In this document: piece after piece, positions 1-13,409 of the stretch | Layout of the letters: the number at the start of each line of letters is the position of its first letter | Numbering within the stretch: the stretch's first letter is position 1 | Origin: Hydrolagus affinis | Lineage: Eukaryota | DNA length: 64,000 nt | Direction of reading: 5' to 3' | Assembly: GCA_012026655.1 (NCBI GenBank) | Contig: JAAILG010000892.1 | Coordinates: 1 to 64,000 of the forward strand | The notes under the pieces: model-generated | Databases searched by the model: none | The model's input: only the letters and a program-made list of their open reading frames with translations | Told to the model about the DNA's origin: nothing | Program-made: the position numbers and the translations under genes

Positions 1-216
1 GCCTTGTTTCTTCCCTTTCCTCTTTCAAGGCCAGTTTGAAGACTTTCCTCTTCGACCGTGCCTTTTGTTCCCCCCCAAATTTTTTGACCTCCGCTACGTG
101 TTTCATCCCTTCCCAAACACTCCCCTCCTAGCTCGGGTCACACGGCTCCTGTGCAGTGCCTTGGGACGTCCTCCCGACGTGAAAGGCGCTTTATAAGTTT
201 AAGTTGTTGTTGTTGT
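1..216 (+). mobile_element. L2-clade LINE 3' end (cut by window start)
   Basis: Ends GTGCCTTGGGACGTCCTCCCGACGTGAAAGGCGC..(TTG)n, the same tail as the RT-bearing L2 copies at 21454 and 55796. Confidence 0.9.
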
Positions 217-621
217 CGATTGAAAGCCAGATTGAAAGGTGGGTCTTGAAGGAGAAGGGGTGGGGTGATTTATGTCATTTATGGAATCCTTTTGCGGTGC
301 AACAACTGAGTTCAACTAACTCAGATGATACTGGTGATCAAACCCATTTCCTCTGGATGCTTTGTTAGATGTCCTTGTGCTGTTGTTAAAATAGCTTTAG
401 AATAATAACAATCCTTACAACTGATACAACGACTTGTGTTGTTGAAACTTCTCAAAGCCCTTATACTGTAGAAGATATACTGTAGCCTAAGTATATTTTG
501 GGTGTATTTTGTAGAAGTTAAATAAATGATTAGTTAATAATTCAAGGCCTGAAAAGCTTATTTTATGTACAATGCTCCCTGTTATTAATATAAATTTCAC
601 ATGTCTATAACAGGGTTTCAG

Positions 622-790
622 AACAACAACAAAATTACCTTTGTAGAGCGTCTTTCACTTCAGGACGATGTCCCAAGGCACTGAACAATCTGGGGTCAGG
701 ACCCGAGGAAGAGATGGGGGAGGTGGCGGAGAGTTAGGATGAGGGAGGGCAGAGAGGTAGAGAGTGACTGAACAGAAAAGGTTTCAGAAT
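622..790 (-). mobile_element. L2 LINE 3' fragment
   Basis: (AAC)n, then the reverse complement of the L2 tail (TTTCACTTCAGGACGATGTCCCAAGGCACTGAACA) and a purine-rich 3'UTR. Confidence 0.8.
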
Positions 791-825
791 ATCTGAATTA
801 GTATTAACACTAACACTCAATGCAA

Positions 826-1025
826 AACAATGAAACTTATATTTATATCATCTTTCATGTTGGAAAGATGTCCAAAGTGCTTAACAGGACTATCTGAGCA
901 CCTGAGCTGGGGGTGTGAGCCGAGCCCGGTGAAACGTTGTGAGACAAACCTTGAATGAGAGAGCAAGTTGGAGTGACTCAGAGATGGAGATCCAGAGAAC
1001 AAGGGCAAAAAGGCTGAAACTCGAT
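826..1025 (-). mobile_element. older L2 3' fragment
   Basis: Diverged reverse-complement tail (CTTTCATGTTGGAAAGATGTCCAAAGTGCTT) and GGAGATCCAGAG..GGCTGAAA motif. Confidence 0.55.
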
Positions 1026-1059
1026 TGTATGATGCTATTCTGGAGGGCGTCAAGCGACC

Positions 1060-1335
1060 CAGTCCAGCCTTGTGTTCGCACTGATCCGTACAGAAGGTCC
1101 TGGTTTGTTCAATCCCTAGTCTGTGCAGAGTACTGATCTCAGCTGAGGCATCAGCTTTGGTGTTTATAATTGGCTTCAATGCTCCTGGACTAGAAAGGGA
1201 GAAATCGACTAGGTACTGCCATCAGCTATGGATATCGGGTGAGGACAGAATCAGGCTGGGCTGTGATTCATGATTGAATTGGCTGCCAGTTGTGCTCATA
1301 CTTGATGAATTGACCGATGGGTGAAGAGGAGAGGA
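1060..1335 (+). mobile_element. ancient SINE, AmnSINE2-like
   Basis: Motifs GTCTGTGCAGAG..CTGATCTCAGC, AATTGGCTTCA and GGGTGAGGACAGAATCAGGCTGGGCTGTGAT recur in many copies in this window; family name from recalled consensus. Confidence 0.6.
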
Positions 1336-1404
1336 TGTATTTAGCAAAACACAGAATTATTAGATGATTGTCTTACTCCCTGTAAATGTACCAACCAACA
1401 GAAT

Positions 1405-2190
1405 AATGGCTTAGTTGAGTCTCACCTCTCACTCAGTAGGTCATGAGTGCAAGCCCCACAGCAAGCTTTTCAGCCAATAGTTGAGCTGGACCCTCCAAAA
1501 ATGCTTATCATCAGCATCTTTGCCCAGTTCCCTTTCCTCAGCGAAGGTATTTAAGTTTGTTGTGATTATCTTTAAATGCTTCCACGCCTATGACCCCCAC
1601 CATCTCCTGTGATCCTACTCCTTTAGTCACTCCTCCGTCCCTACAACTCTGGCCTGTCCCCCGCCACACGCACTCACACACTGCCATACCATCAGTGGGT
1701 AGGCTTTCAGACACGTTGCCCCCCCACCACCCCACCCCACCCACTCTCCGGACCTCTCTTCCAAAATCCCTCTGCATCACTCCCTCGTTCATTTGAAACC
1801 CTATTTTATTGACTGTGCCTTTGGCTACCTCAACCTACCCATCTTATCTCCCTTCCAGATTGAGCTCCTGTTCAGGCTTTGAGATGTTCTCCCTCCATGA
1901 AAGATGCTATATACAGTACGTGCAAATTGATGATGTTGTTACCCTGTCTGTTCAGAGTGGATGCAAAAGATCTCATAGTGCCCTGCAACATAGAGTTTCT
2001 GTTAGTATTCTGCTAATAACCCAGATAGAAATGCTCTTTTACTCCATGGTTATTTGTGAGACATTGCAATGTGCAAATTGACTGCCACATTTGCCTATAA
2101 TAAAACATAGTTATTACACTTTTCAGAAAACACGCTTGAGGTGTTAAAATGTGATAAGGGGCTATATCATATGTTTTGCTTATTGTTATT
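1405..2190 (+). mobile_element. Deu-domain SINE (SacSINE1-like) split by an L2 insertion
   Basis: Head 1405-1500; body resumes ~1943 with GTGGATGCAAAAGATCTCAT..TTTGTGAGACATTGC..AAATTGACTGCC. Confidence 0.6.
1545..1940 (+). mobile_element. old L2 3' fragment
   Basis: Pyrimidine-rich ORF2 end/3'UTR (GGTAGGCTTTCAG, TTGACTGTGCCTTT) and tail TGAAAGATGCTATAT..GTTGTT. Confidence 0.65.
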
Positions 2191-2296
2191 TATTACCTAT
2201 TATTAAGATAGGGATTTGATTGATAATTGGACAACAACCTCCTAAAAGTTACATCAGCATTATTTCTGATTGTATCAAAATTGCATGATGTAATGT

Positions 2297-2470
2297 TGAT
2301 CATTCACTTCACCTCTGTTTGCGGGACATCGCTATGTGCAAATGGGCAGCTGCATTTGCACACAAACGACACAATTAATACACTTTATACTGTATCACGT
2401 GAAGTGTTTTGAGACATTTTCCTGTAAAAGGTACCTTATCAAATACAAGTTCTGTTGATATTACTATTAT
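2297..2470 (+). mobile_element. Deu-type SINE 3' half
   Basis: CTGTTTGCGGGACATCGCTATGTGCAAATGGGCAGC..GTGAAGTGTTTTGAGACAT..ATCAAATACAAG. Confidence 0.65.
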
Positions 2471-4621
2471 ATAAATGAGATAGCCTTTGACACAAACTGA
2501 TTTTCTTTCAGTGGAATAATAATTAAAATCTTTAAGTACACCACACATTTTTTTTAAAAACAAAACACGTTGGGTAGATTTGTTTGGTTTTATTTTTACC
2601 TTTAAACAGCCATCCAGCAATTAACCAAACCCATAAATCATAGCCGACTTTTGCTACAATTAAATATTAATTAATAAAATAATAATTGCTTCTTTCCTGA
2701 TAAATATTTTAACAAAATGCGGGAGTCAGCTGTTAATCCTGGAAGGAAGTCTGCCACAGAGCACTGAAGCTGCTGCTAATCATTTTTTTTGAATGTTTTC
2801 AAGTAAAATCCTTTTTAATTTTTTTATATCGTGTTGAAAAGTAACAGCCTACTTTCTAATCACTATCCTCACCGTGCTGACTAGGCCTTTGTACAGTAGG
2901 ATAAAACCTTCTTATCTTAAAGCAACAATAGGTTGGGTGGTAATCCCTTGACTTTTGTCCACAGGATTTCTCAACAAAAATGGGTTAATTATCACCTACT
3001 GTAGCTCTTTGACTGACAAAAGACACAGGACCTCTTTCTTCCTTTCTGAGTTACTGTAGAGCCTTTGAAATACGATAGTTTAATCGCTGACACCTTCTGT
3101 GTGCGGATTTATGCATGCAAGGCTCCTCAATAGCAATCTCATGTTGCTGGGAACCTTACAGCAATGAGGAGATACTGTATGACCTTTAGACTGGGTATGT
3201 GATCCAGCCTTTTCATATGAAAATCTAATACACTTGCGGGTTGGACTCAACTCTTCACTGGTGTTCATAGAAGCTATTTGCTTGCTAATTGTTTCATTTC
3301 CCCCTTTAAAAACAACAACGAAAAGGCCCATGTAAAGTCTGTTTAATAGGGTGTGCAGCAAGATCCACAAGGATATCACAGTTTTGTTATTATCTCAATA
3401 CTTTTATGGCCGGACTGCTGGAAGATGCATACCAGCCACAAACTCAAGTACACTGACTGCAAGTGAGCGAGGAGGTATTGGTAGTGGCTTGACATTTTAC
3501 TATGTTTGTCTCTTTCGATAACCATCAAGTGCTCCAGCTTCCCATTCAAACCCCCCACCCCCCCATGAATGTCACCTGTCAGTCAGAGCTGGAAAAGGCT
3601 GATGGCAGATCAGAAGAAGAATAAAAGGAGCCCGGACCTGTAGCGCAAATGCCGGCTATTTGTTCCATCGTCTTTCCGTTTTCACTTCCCACACTGGCCT
3701 GGTTGAATAGGCTGAGGGTATCAGATATATCAACAACCCTTACCCCCGATGCCCTCCCCTTCTGGAAAAGAAGAGAAGGGCTTTTTCCTCCCTTGGGGAA
3801 TTAGAAAAAAAACACGGAACAATAAACAAAGCAGCCCACTTTTCTATAAATCATTTCTCATGCCTGAGGTCCTTGATATCATACTTCCCTAACATCTCAA
3901 GCTGTCAAACCTGTTTGCATTTTTCATCATTCCGCAGCATTTCCTTTTGCTGCAGAACATGTGGCTTTGTTGTGTGTACTTTTGTGATATAATTATGACA
4001 GAGAGCTGGCTTTGGTTGCCACATTCAATCACTCGGGGTGGGGTGAGTGTGTGTGTGTATGTGTGTCTGGAGGGAGTGGGGTAACCCAATTTCGAAGGAT
4101 CAAGCAAATGAGATTAAGGTGTAAAACTACTGGAGGCACAGAGAAGCACTCAAGCCAGGGAGGGAGAACAATCCAGTAAAGTGGTCCTCTTTAGATGTGG
4201 CCGGATAGCGCCGCACAAAGCATGAGTCAGACCTACGGCAGAATACATTCCCCTCCTACTCTCCCCCCGAGAAAAAACATGACCTTTCTGTGTTTCAACT
4301 GCTTTGGGTTTGGAGTCTCAGTAAAAATTATACCGGCGGGCACATAATTTAACACTTATACTTGCAAGTGAGAGTTATTTGTTTAAGGCTAGTGATTGCT
4401 ATTTAATTGTCGAGCTTTGCAAGTAGTCTGACAGTAAAATGACAGCTTAACAGTTTTCAGAATATTAATGGCCTGCTATTAACCCTCTGATTGCTGTACC
4501 AGTCACAGGTTATGACAAGGTGCACTTTTTAATCAACCAAATTTTTCATTTTAAAGTATAATCATCCAAATGAGGTTGTTGTGAGGCTCTACGCCTTTCG
4601 AAAGATGATCCTATTTCCACT

Positions 4622-4945
4622 TTAATTTTCTCCCTTCCTATCCACAAATTGGGCTGTAGTTTTGTAAGTACAGGTACTACCCACCACTGTTACCGAACCC
4701 TTCTGGCCATTTTTTGCGTAACCCTAGATAGTGAGTGTCGGCAGGCTATCTGACTGTGTGGGGAGGGAGTTGGTGTCACAATGGAGTGTGATCTTTCCCT
4801 CACACAGCATTGACATTGCCAACTTCTCTAGCGTAAGCTGTTGGTTAGGAAGCAAGAAGGAAAACCTTGACTGCAATTCTCCCCCACTGGCCCATGGATC
4901 CCGAGGCAAGCTGTACTGACTTTACTATCACATAGCTGAGATCCA
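4622..4945 (-). mobile_element. ancient SINE, AmnSINE2-like
   Basis: CCTAGATAGTGAGTGTCGGCAGGCTAT is the reverse complement of the family motif ATAGCCTGCCGACACTCACTGTCTAGG (cf. 51073-51095). Confidence 0.6.
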
Positions 4946-5124
4946 AAGTATTTGTTTTATATTACAAAGCTGTTTTTCTGTCCCACTTAAACACTGTCTC
5001 ACAATATTAAAACTAAACAACAAAAACTTCCTAGATGTTCGTTTCTGCTCTTATAAAATTAAGATAGAGCGAATTGTACTGTAGTGTTTGGCATCTGTGC
5101 TTTATGATCTCTTCCTACGTTTTC

Positions 5125-5400
5125 TCTGGTTTGGTTGAGCTGGCTTTGGTCTCACTAGTTTGGGGCTTAATTTGGTTGGGTTAAGTTGCATTTTGCTTGT
5201 TTGGTTTGCTTTGGCTTTGTTTTGGGCTTGTTTTTGGTTGAGCTGGGTTTAGTTGGGTTGCTTTTTGGCTCAGCAGTTTGATTTGTATCATTTTGATTTG
5301 TGCTGCTGTGCATTGTGATTGTGCTATTCGGTTTAGACTTTGACTTGGTTTTGTTTAGTTGTGAATGACTTTAGTATGGGTTGGTTAAACTATGGGTTAA
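5125..5400. repeat. degenerate ~5-bp-period T/G-rich microsatellite
   Basis: Run of TTTGG/TTGGG/TTTAG-type pentamers with strong G+T strand bias. Confidence 0.7.
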
Positions 5401-6719
5401 AATAACTACTGGAAGATCCAACGCACAAAACGGCATTAATCTCATTGATATCACTGTAACTTTTAACATTGTAAAAATAATTACTTTGTTCAGATCATTT
5501 CTTTGAACTGTGATTTTTTTTGCTCATTTTGAACAGCCTCCCCCAGTAAGGGAATGGAAGAGAGAGGATATGTTGGATTCACTGCGGTTTGAATATTGTG
5601 GTCATTTTTAGCAGGAAATTTGGGGCCGGTCGAAATAAAACATTCACTCCAAAAATGTGGAGAGGTTCTTAAAAGAGTTGATCTGTTTCCTGGCATTACA
5701 ACATATAGTGAACAAGCAACTCTATTAACAGCCAGATGTTGTAGGCTTAGTATTTTTCAATAATTTTGTCCTGGCTATTGTGCGGTAGGAAAAGATGTTC
5801 ACTAAGTACAAAGTCAGAGAATCCATTACTCAAAGGATTTGCTAATACCACAGGGTGCAATGTTTGTCAGACACAAATTTTTTTCCCAAAAAAATCTGCT
5901 TAGGTAAATGCTGGAGGCAAGGGAGTGTTTTATGAGTCTAGATCTGCATCTTACAGGTCATTGGACACAAGGGAAAGGTTTAACTGGGAGTATCTGTTTA
6001 AATTAGAAAATCAACAAGGCAACATTTCAGGCTAAATGTAATACCTCTCAATTCACTTTCGGAAACACTTTACGGGACTGGTTCATTTATGGTCAATCGA
6101 AGCATAGGAACTCACAGCTTGCTGTGGGTGGGGGAGTGGGTGTTGGGGGGGAGGGGGGGGGGGGTGGGCAGTTGCTATAATGCCCTGCGGGAAAGCAAAA
6201 CCAAAAGGTCAGAGGTCTGGAGATCCCTGCTGTCCTCTTTGAAGGGTGGCACACTTTGCCACCCAGCTCCTGTCCCTCCCTGTGTTCATATGTAAAAGAT
6301 TGCCCCTGTCTGCTTGGTGCTCGACTGCTATATTATCTGTGCTCTCCTGTTGAAGGCACTCTGCAGGCTGTTACCAATTAGGTCATGTTTGGGCAGTAAA
6401 TTAACATTTGTCTTCCTTAGCGAGAGGCACGGACAGTATTTTGGAACATACCTAATGGGTCTGAAGTGCGGAAATGTTCCACTGAGAAATTTGAATTTGC
6501 ACTTTTCTGCTCTTTCCCCCTTCTCGATCTTCCCTCCCATCCCCACTTTTGAGAAATCAACATCAGTTGATATTAGCTGCTACACAGCAGCGCTGCAGTG
6601 AGGTATAAAGTTCTATGTCCCTGCCGCAGTGTTGATTCATGCCAGAAACAATATATTTTTATCACTGCGCTGTAATTCTCAAACGTACAAAGGCAGTTTG
6701 CAAAGCTTACATTACTCTT

Positions 6720-6912
6720 ATCGCTTATGCCTCTTTGTTCCTCCACTTTGTCTTCTCTCCGGCACTGTACCCCTGCTCTCTGCAACTCTCTTCTAAATTC
6801 CCTTTGCCGTACGCTTTCTTGTTCTGCCTTAAATATCTGCTAAAAATACATCTATTTGGCTCTGACTTTTTAGTTAGCAATCTCAATTTCCTTTCTTTCC
6901 TCCTTGCTTAGT
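6720..6912 (+). mobile_element. old L2 3' fragment
   Basis: CTCTCTGCAACTCTCTTC..CTAAAAATACATCTATTTG, matching the L2 ORF2 end (LWNSLP..LKTHLF-like). Confidence 0.5.
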
Positions 6913-7276
6913 TGTCCTGTAGTGTATTGATTAGGGCGCTCACCTCGTAAGCGAGAGGACCTGTGTTTGATTCCTGGTCAGGGTGAAACTTTTACACAAG
7001 TTTCCATAATTCACATGACTCTGTTTACCTATCAGTAAGTAGGATTCTGGTTGTTAGTCGATTGGCGGATCATTTTTCCAGGGATAGTAATAAATAAATA
7101 TAATTTGGCCACTCAATCCATGACTGTTTGTGGGATATTGCTGTGGCCAATTGGCTGCCGCATTTAGCCCACAAAATATACAATCGATTCAGTTTACAAT
7201 ATTTTCTGTGAATCACTTTAAGATGTCTTAAAGACATGATGAGGCCCTATATCAAATGCAAGGATTAATGTTATTA
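6913..7276 (+). mobile_element. tRNA-headed SINE, long form
   Basis: tRNA-like head, middle block CTCTGTTTACCTATCAGTAAGTAGG..GTTAGTCGATTGG, Deu-like CTGTTTGTGGGA..AATTGGCTGCCG, tail TATCAAATGCAAGGATTA. Confidence 0.85.
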
Positions 7277-7829
7277 TGGTTCCCATTTTCTTTGTAAAGG
7301 CTTTAAAATTCGTCCTGCAATAAGCCTCTACATAAATGTAAGTTTTTATTGGTGGCTCATTCTGGGCAAGCAAAAAAGTTAAAAATGCTAATATTTGAAG
7401 TTTTAAAAATGCTACTGCAACACGTATTATCAAAGCACAGAGTGTTAAGGTAGTCATATATTCACAGTTCTATCTATGGCTGGTTTCCAATCCCACCTAT
7501 GCAACTTCACAGGGAGTTGCAGCCCAAACGAAGATGACACTTGTAGGTACGGTAAAAATCAACGGTCAAATCCCTCCTCCAGCCTCTCCAGATCAGCCAA
7601 GGAGTGACATTGGAGGAAGGGATGGTGGACGGATGGACACACATTGACGGAAAGGAAGAACATGGGGAAGAGGATACATAAGCAAAGTAATAAAAAAAAG
7701 ATTTAATGTAACAGATCTTTTCGATGCAAAACTGCAGTGAAAGACTTAAGAAGGAAACTTTTAATGGACAGTATTTATTGTAGTGAAATGCTTTTGTGAC
7801 ATTCCTGGATAAACACATTTAACGGTGTA

Positions 7830-8900
7830 CTGAATCGCTGATATATCAGTTTCAATGACCTCATTAGTGTCAGTTAATTAAAACTTTCAGCACTTGACTT
7901 TGATGCTATCGCAGGCAAAAAATAGAGTTGTGATTGGACCGACACAAAGCTAGTTGTGGTAATGAATAGCAGCGATTTCTAATGGAACTGAATTATACCT
8001 GCTTCTTGCAACTCAGATAAAATATTATTAAATACACAGCAACTTTGCATAAAGCAAATTAATCAGCTGCCCGTGCTTTTGCTTCATAATAATCTCTAGT
8101 GCTTATTGATCATGTTTTTAACGCAATTTTGAAAGCGCATGCATCAGGTCTTTGCTAATTAAAGGCACAACTTCAGAAATGCCATAATAACGGTTAATTA
8201 GCAGGATGCTATTTTCAACATAATTTGCTAATTAGTCAGTGAGCTAGTATAGTGTATCTGTCTAATTATGGGAGGGATGAGCATTGGGTACTTGTGACTA
8301 GAGTGCAAATGACACCATTACAGGTCCTGCATTGCAATTTCTCTGCAAATGGTTAATTGCCCTTTTCTTTTTTGATATTGAGACAAAAAAATAATAATCT
8401 TGAACTGGGTGTCAGAAAATATTTGCTGCGGAGATAATGGAAGCCTTTTTATTGTTCCTCCAATGTTTCCCAGTAGGAAAAAGAATCTTCTTCCTAGTGA
8501 AAACGGGAGTGATTGGGTGGGTGGGGGAGTGGGGGCTGGGGGGGGGTGTGGGGGGAAGGGGGAAAAAATTCACATTTAATCCAATAATAAATGAGCATTA
8601 CAGTCACTTAAAGAAAATCTTATTGCAAAGGTTCCTGTTTAAATGGCATGAAAGATAGTAAATCACATTTGAAAATGCACGGGCTGCTTTCATTGCCGTG
8701 CTGCGGGGATTGTAATTAATGGAAACCTTCCTCTGGTTCCAGGGAAGCAAGCGTTCAGCTGTTTTGACTGACGGTGTACAGCTCAATCGGTGTGACTTTG
8801 ATGTAATTATGGTCAAGTAAGAGTGAGCAAAAATGATATTCTGCATTAGAATCGTGTTCTGTCACAGAGGTTGGGATGCTGGTAGGGAAGTTGGATTCAG
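7830..8900. promoter_or_regulatory. candidate conserved non-coding element / enhancer block
   Basis: Repeat-free and dense in TAAT/TAATTA and (T)GCAAAT motifs; conservation not verified. Confidence 0.3.
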
Positions 8901-9243
8901 ATAACTTAAGTTGTCCTCGTCTTCCTCCATCGAAGCAATAAATGCAAGACTGAGCAATTGACATTCCGTTCACAGTGTTTTCCAATCCAGCAAATTGCTA
9001 ATCTGCATTTTGGGTGTATGGTGGGGGGGTGGGTGGTGGGGGGGATTGGGAGTGAAACAGACAGGAGGGCTCCATTGTCTCGCGATGGGCCACACTGTAA
9101 CTATCACGCAAGTCTTTTCTATGGTTCTGACATAGGTCACAAGGAGCTAAAAATGTGTGTGTGGAGATACCCTGAGGAACACAAACCAAAGGAGTTGCAA
9201 GTACAGCGGATATAACGGAAGGAAGGAGGATGATGATTGGAGA

Positions 9244-9340
9244 AATAATAATAATCCTTGCATTTGATATAGCTCCTTGTCATGTTGTTTCGCAGAATAT
9301 GTAGTAAAGTGAATTGACTGTATATTTTGCCGGTGAAAAT
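9244..9340 (-). mobile_element. SINE 3' tail
   Basis: (AAT)n-CCTTGCATTTGATATAGC..GTAAAGTGAATTGACTGTATATTT. Confidence 0.8.
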
Positions 9341-11732
9341 GTTGTGGAAAGATGTTTTGTCAGATTGTAACACAACTCATAAGATTGGGAGTGAAATCTT
9401 ACCCTAATTGTAATTGTTTTGCAAGCTAGAAATTTCCTGAAAAAAACAACATTCTGCCCAGTCATTTGAAACACAGTCTGGGTTGCTTCGCTGAGCTTTG
9501 TATTAAGAGGTTAAACACAATTTTCAGCTAAATGTTTCTGCATAAAACCTGCATTGCACACTACTTTAGGCTAATCATTAAAAATAGCTATTTTTCCCCT
9601 ACATCTGTATTATAGATTTCCTGTTATAAACATACAGTGCAAAGGTGGTTATTTTTAGGATTCACTGTAAGTTAACTCCCTGCTGTTTCAGCTCTTCAAA
9701 ACAACAAAGTAAATAGTTTTATTTGAAAAACTGCCAAGGTTGGGTAGATAGTGCTGTCACCAGTGGCTCTGGCCTAAGCTGTTTTAAACTGTTCCTGTCA
9801 TTGCTCACCTGTCTTTCCCTGACCAGCAGGGCAATTGTAGTTGGAGCAGGAACCTGGGAAAGGTACTCATTCGTGAGAGTGACCTATATATCGCCGCTGA
9901 CACAATAAACCGGTTGTTTATTTGCTTGGGAATTAAAGTGCAAAGTGTCACATCCACTGAAATGTATCCAAAGAATTGGCCGACCAGTTTAAAAGGAGAG
10001 ATTGATAAAGGGACTGGGAGACCACGACGTGTGTGTGTGTGTGTGAGAGAGAGAGTGATTGGCGATTTGAGATTATCAAACAGATGACTGCTACCTTCTC
10101 ACAACCCCCCCCCCACCCCACCGTCAAGTGCCAGGGACAGATGGGCAACTTGTACAAATCAATAAATGTCAGCCTCACAGATGGACAAGCAGGCAGTGTT
10201 CATATCCTTGCCCCCCCACCCCCTGAAAAGTAAATCGATAATCCCTCTATGATAGGTAATAAAGGATGATGCAATATAGCCTTTCCCATCTCCCCACTCA
10301 CCCACCAAGTTGAGGCCTCTCTGTATTGGCTACTGTGAATATTAATGATGGATACTGTGTTTTAAAGCTTGGACTAATTAATGCACTTTAGCACATCCTT
10401 GCCTGCCTGTAAGGGAGGCCTCTCTTAAATCAGGTAATGAAGGGTTACTGGCTTCCGAGCCCAGGAAGTTCGCAAGCACTGATCTCTGTAAAGCCTTCTG
10501 TTCAACCCCAAAATAATAAAGAAAGAGCCACACCACCTTGCTGTTGCCTTGATATGCTGTAAATAGACCAATTTAAAACCCAGTCAAGGTCCCGCTGGTC
10601 AGCTCGAGAACAGCTGTGAACGCTGAAGGCAATGAATATTATTTTCAGTGCCAGCTAATCATGATCAGGGCCAAATACTGTATTGTTGCGTTGTTGGGGA
10701 TGGGGGGTAGAGGGGGGGGTGGGAAGTGAGAGAGACACTGTGAAAAGCACAGCATTGTATTGGCAGCGAGCAGTGTCTCTCTAACTGCAAGTTGTTTTTA
10801 ATATATTTTTTAAAAAAAGGCTTCAAGCATCGCTTTCCTTCCTGTCCCATTACCACTGCATTTTTTCACACTCCACATTATCCCTCGACTCTTGTCAGTA
10901 CTCGTGTTGCAAACAAATAAAAGGCAACAAAAGTACACAAGCGTTAAAGGTTTTTTTTGACAGCGTTACACAGAAAACATAAACAGCACTGGCTGCTGCC
11001 AGCCTGGATGACTCAGTAATGGCATTCTATACTGCTGTGGCAGCCGTGTTCCTTGTCAGTGGTTTGATCTCCAGGTTTTGATCATCGTTGCTTTGAAGTG
11101 CAGGGTTCCCTTTTGTTAGCCTACAGAACGATCACAAGTGATATCTCCACACCCTCCTCCTTTCCCCTCGAGCCTTCTTGTAAAACCCAATATCACTGCA
11201 CGCGCATTGACGACACTACAAAGGGTTTTTCAGGGACTTGTGAAAAGAAAGACAGCCTCGAAAATGCTTCTTGGGATTGAACCGTTGGCTCAGTTGGTTA
11301 AAGTTTTGGTCTGAATAGGACTGAGCCACACACAGCAGGGTACAGGACGCGTGTCTTTGTTGACTGAGCTGATCTCTGTTGGTACGGGGTTGGCAGCAGA
11401 GGGTGTTATCGTGGACCACCGGGATCATGGGGTGAGGGAACAAAAGTATCAGCCAAGTCTCCATCTCCATTGTTCTAAACCTTAAGATTGTTCAGACTTT
11501 TGGAAAATTCTAAATGTGGAAGCCCCGATTATTTTCAGGATTGTGATGGTCTGATCGGTATCCAATGATTCCTGTAAGAAGAATTATGTGTGTGGACAGA
11601 CCCAGGCTTGGGTGTAATACATTCTCCCCACTCTCCCTAGCAAAGTAGCCTGACAGCCTCTTTTGGGGATGGGGGGGCAGTTAAGAAGATTGCCTATTGG
11701 ATATGTTATTGGGGAGCACCTGGAGGTTGTAG

Positions 11733-12033
11733 AATAATAATAATCCTTGCATTTGATATAGCGCTTTTCACTTATTCTAGACATCTCAAAGTGCTTCACA
11801 GAATATGCTGTAAAGTGAATTGACTGTATATTTGTGGGTGAAACGCGGCAGCCGATTGCGTACAGCAGTGTCCAACTAATAGTTGACCAATTTATTATTG
11901 TTTTTTTTTCCAAGGGGTTATTATTAGGCATGTAGACTAAGGAAACTTCTCCCAAGGTTTCACCATGCCTGGAATTGAACCCAGGTCTCTCATTTGCAAG
12001 GCGAGTGCTCTAACCACTGAGCTATAGGACTCC
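11733..12033 (-). mobile_element. tRNA-headed SINE, short form, full length
   Basis: Reverse complement of GGAGTCCTATAGCTCAGTGGTTAGAGCACTCGCCTTGCAA (A box), GGTTCAATTCC (B box), Deu-like body and (ATT)n tail. Confidence 0.9.
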
Positions 12034-12536
12034 AATGAAGATGATAAGGGACTAGAAAAACCAAGAAGCAACTGAATCTCAACAATATTATCTATTTATT
12101 GCAACTTGATTTCTATTCTTCTCCTCTCCTGAAAGCCCTTGCTCTTGCTGAGACATGGTTCAATTTGGGCCCAAACTCTTATCTGCCTTGAAGTTGTGCC
12201 TTAAAATCTATCTCTTTGACCGTCAGATATTGGCATATACCCTTTTACCCTCTCCTGCTTGGCATTCGACTATTGTTGTAAAGATTTAAAGACTTACATG
12301 AAGAGTGCTATATGATTGCAAGCTGTTGTGATATCATCTCCCAAATTGCCATTCTTCCTTCCCAAGTGAACTGTGACTGCAGAATCTGGACAAGTCCTTC
12401 CTACCTTCCCAATAAGGTCAGTAAGACCTACAGTATCACTGTTGCTCCCACTGAGATTGGCTACCATAGCACAGATCCAGCATTGGAAAGTAGTTGTTTC
12501 CTGGTTTATATGGCTCAGTTTGTACATATGAAAAGA

Positions 12537-12730
12537 CCAACACCACCAACAATTTGTATTTGTATAGCGCCACTCATAGGGTCCCAGAGCATTCAACAAT
12601 GATTGGAGTATGACGCTGAGAGTCATGGAGAGAGGTAACCAAAAGCACAATTGAAGAGGAGGGTTTTCAGGAACAATCTGAAGATGGGAAAGGCTGATGG
12701 ATAGAAATAGCAAAAGTTGAGTATTTCAGA
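12537..12730 (-). mobile_element. old L2 3' fragment
   Basis: CAACAATTTGTATTTGTATAGCGCC..GTCCCAGAGCA followed by purine-rich 3'UTR. Confidence 0.55.
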
Positions 12731-13409
12731 TATACGATTGTGATTTAAACCCTTTTGTGCAAAGACTGCCCTTCTTGAAACTTTCTAAAGACATCTGTTT
12801 TATAAAGCACAGTGTACTCATATTTCAGTCACTGCTTTTCATAATCTCAACGTCTGATCTGTTTGTAATCATCGGTATCTGAGTTGCGAGCCAGATATGT
12901 TGGATGACAAATTGCTCTGAAACCGAATCCTTAACGCTAGTCACTGATCGCAAATATTCTGACTCGAATCATCATATGCAGAGTTTTAAAAGTACTGAAT
13001 ATTTTCTTTTGATTTAATTTTAAGATTTTAAGCCACTGCCTTGTTCCCAATGTTCCCTGTCCCAGTGATACACATCTCGGCTAGGTTGCTCGTGCCCTCA
13101 GAGAGATGACATTCTGTCCTCCAGTGTCCTCATGCAGCTTGTAGAACATTTTAAAGAGATGAGCAGCAATGCGTTCAGGAGCTGATTCAGGCGTCTGAAT
13201 TTTAAAGAGGGAACGGTGTCTAGCAGAATTTGGACTTAGCGTTTGGAGAGTTTGTTTTGATTGATTCCTTTAAAGGGAAGGATTCCCAGCATTCTGCACA
13301 GAAACCATTGATCAAAACAAATCACTCGTCTGATTCTATTCAATAAGCAACGGATGGCATGTCTAGTGCTGCTTGTTTCATAACAGGATTGTGGTGTGTA
13401 TCTCACCTG

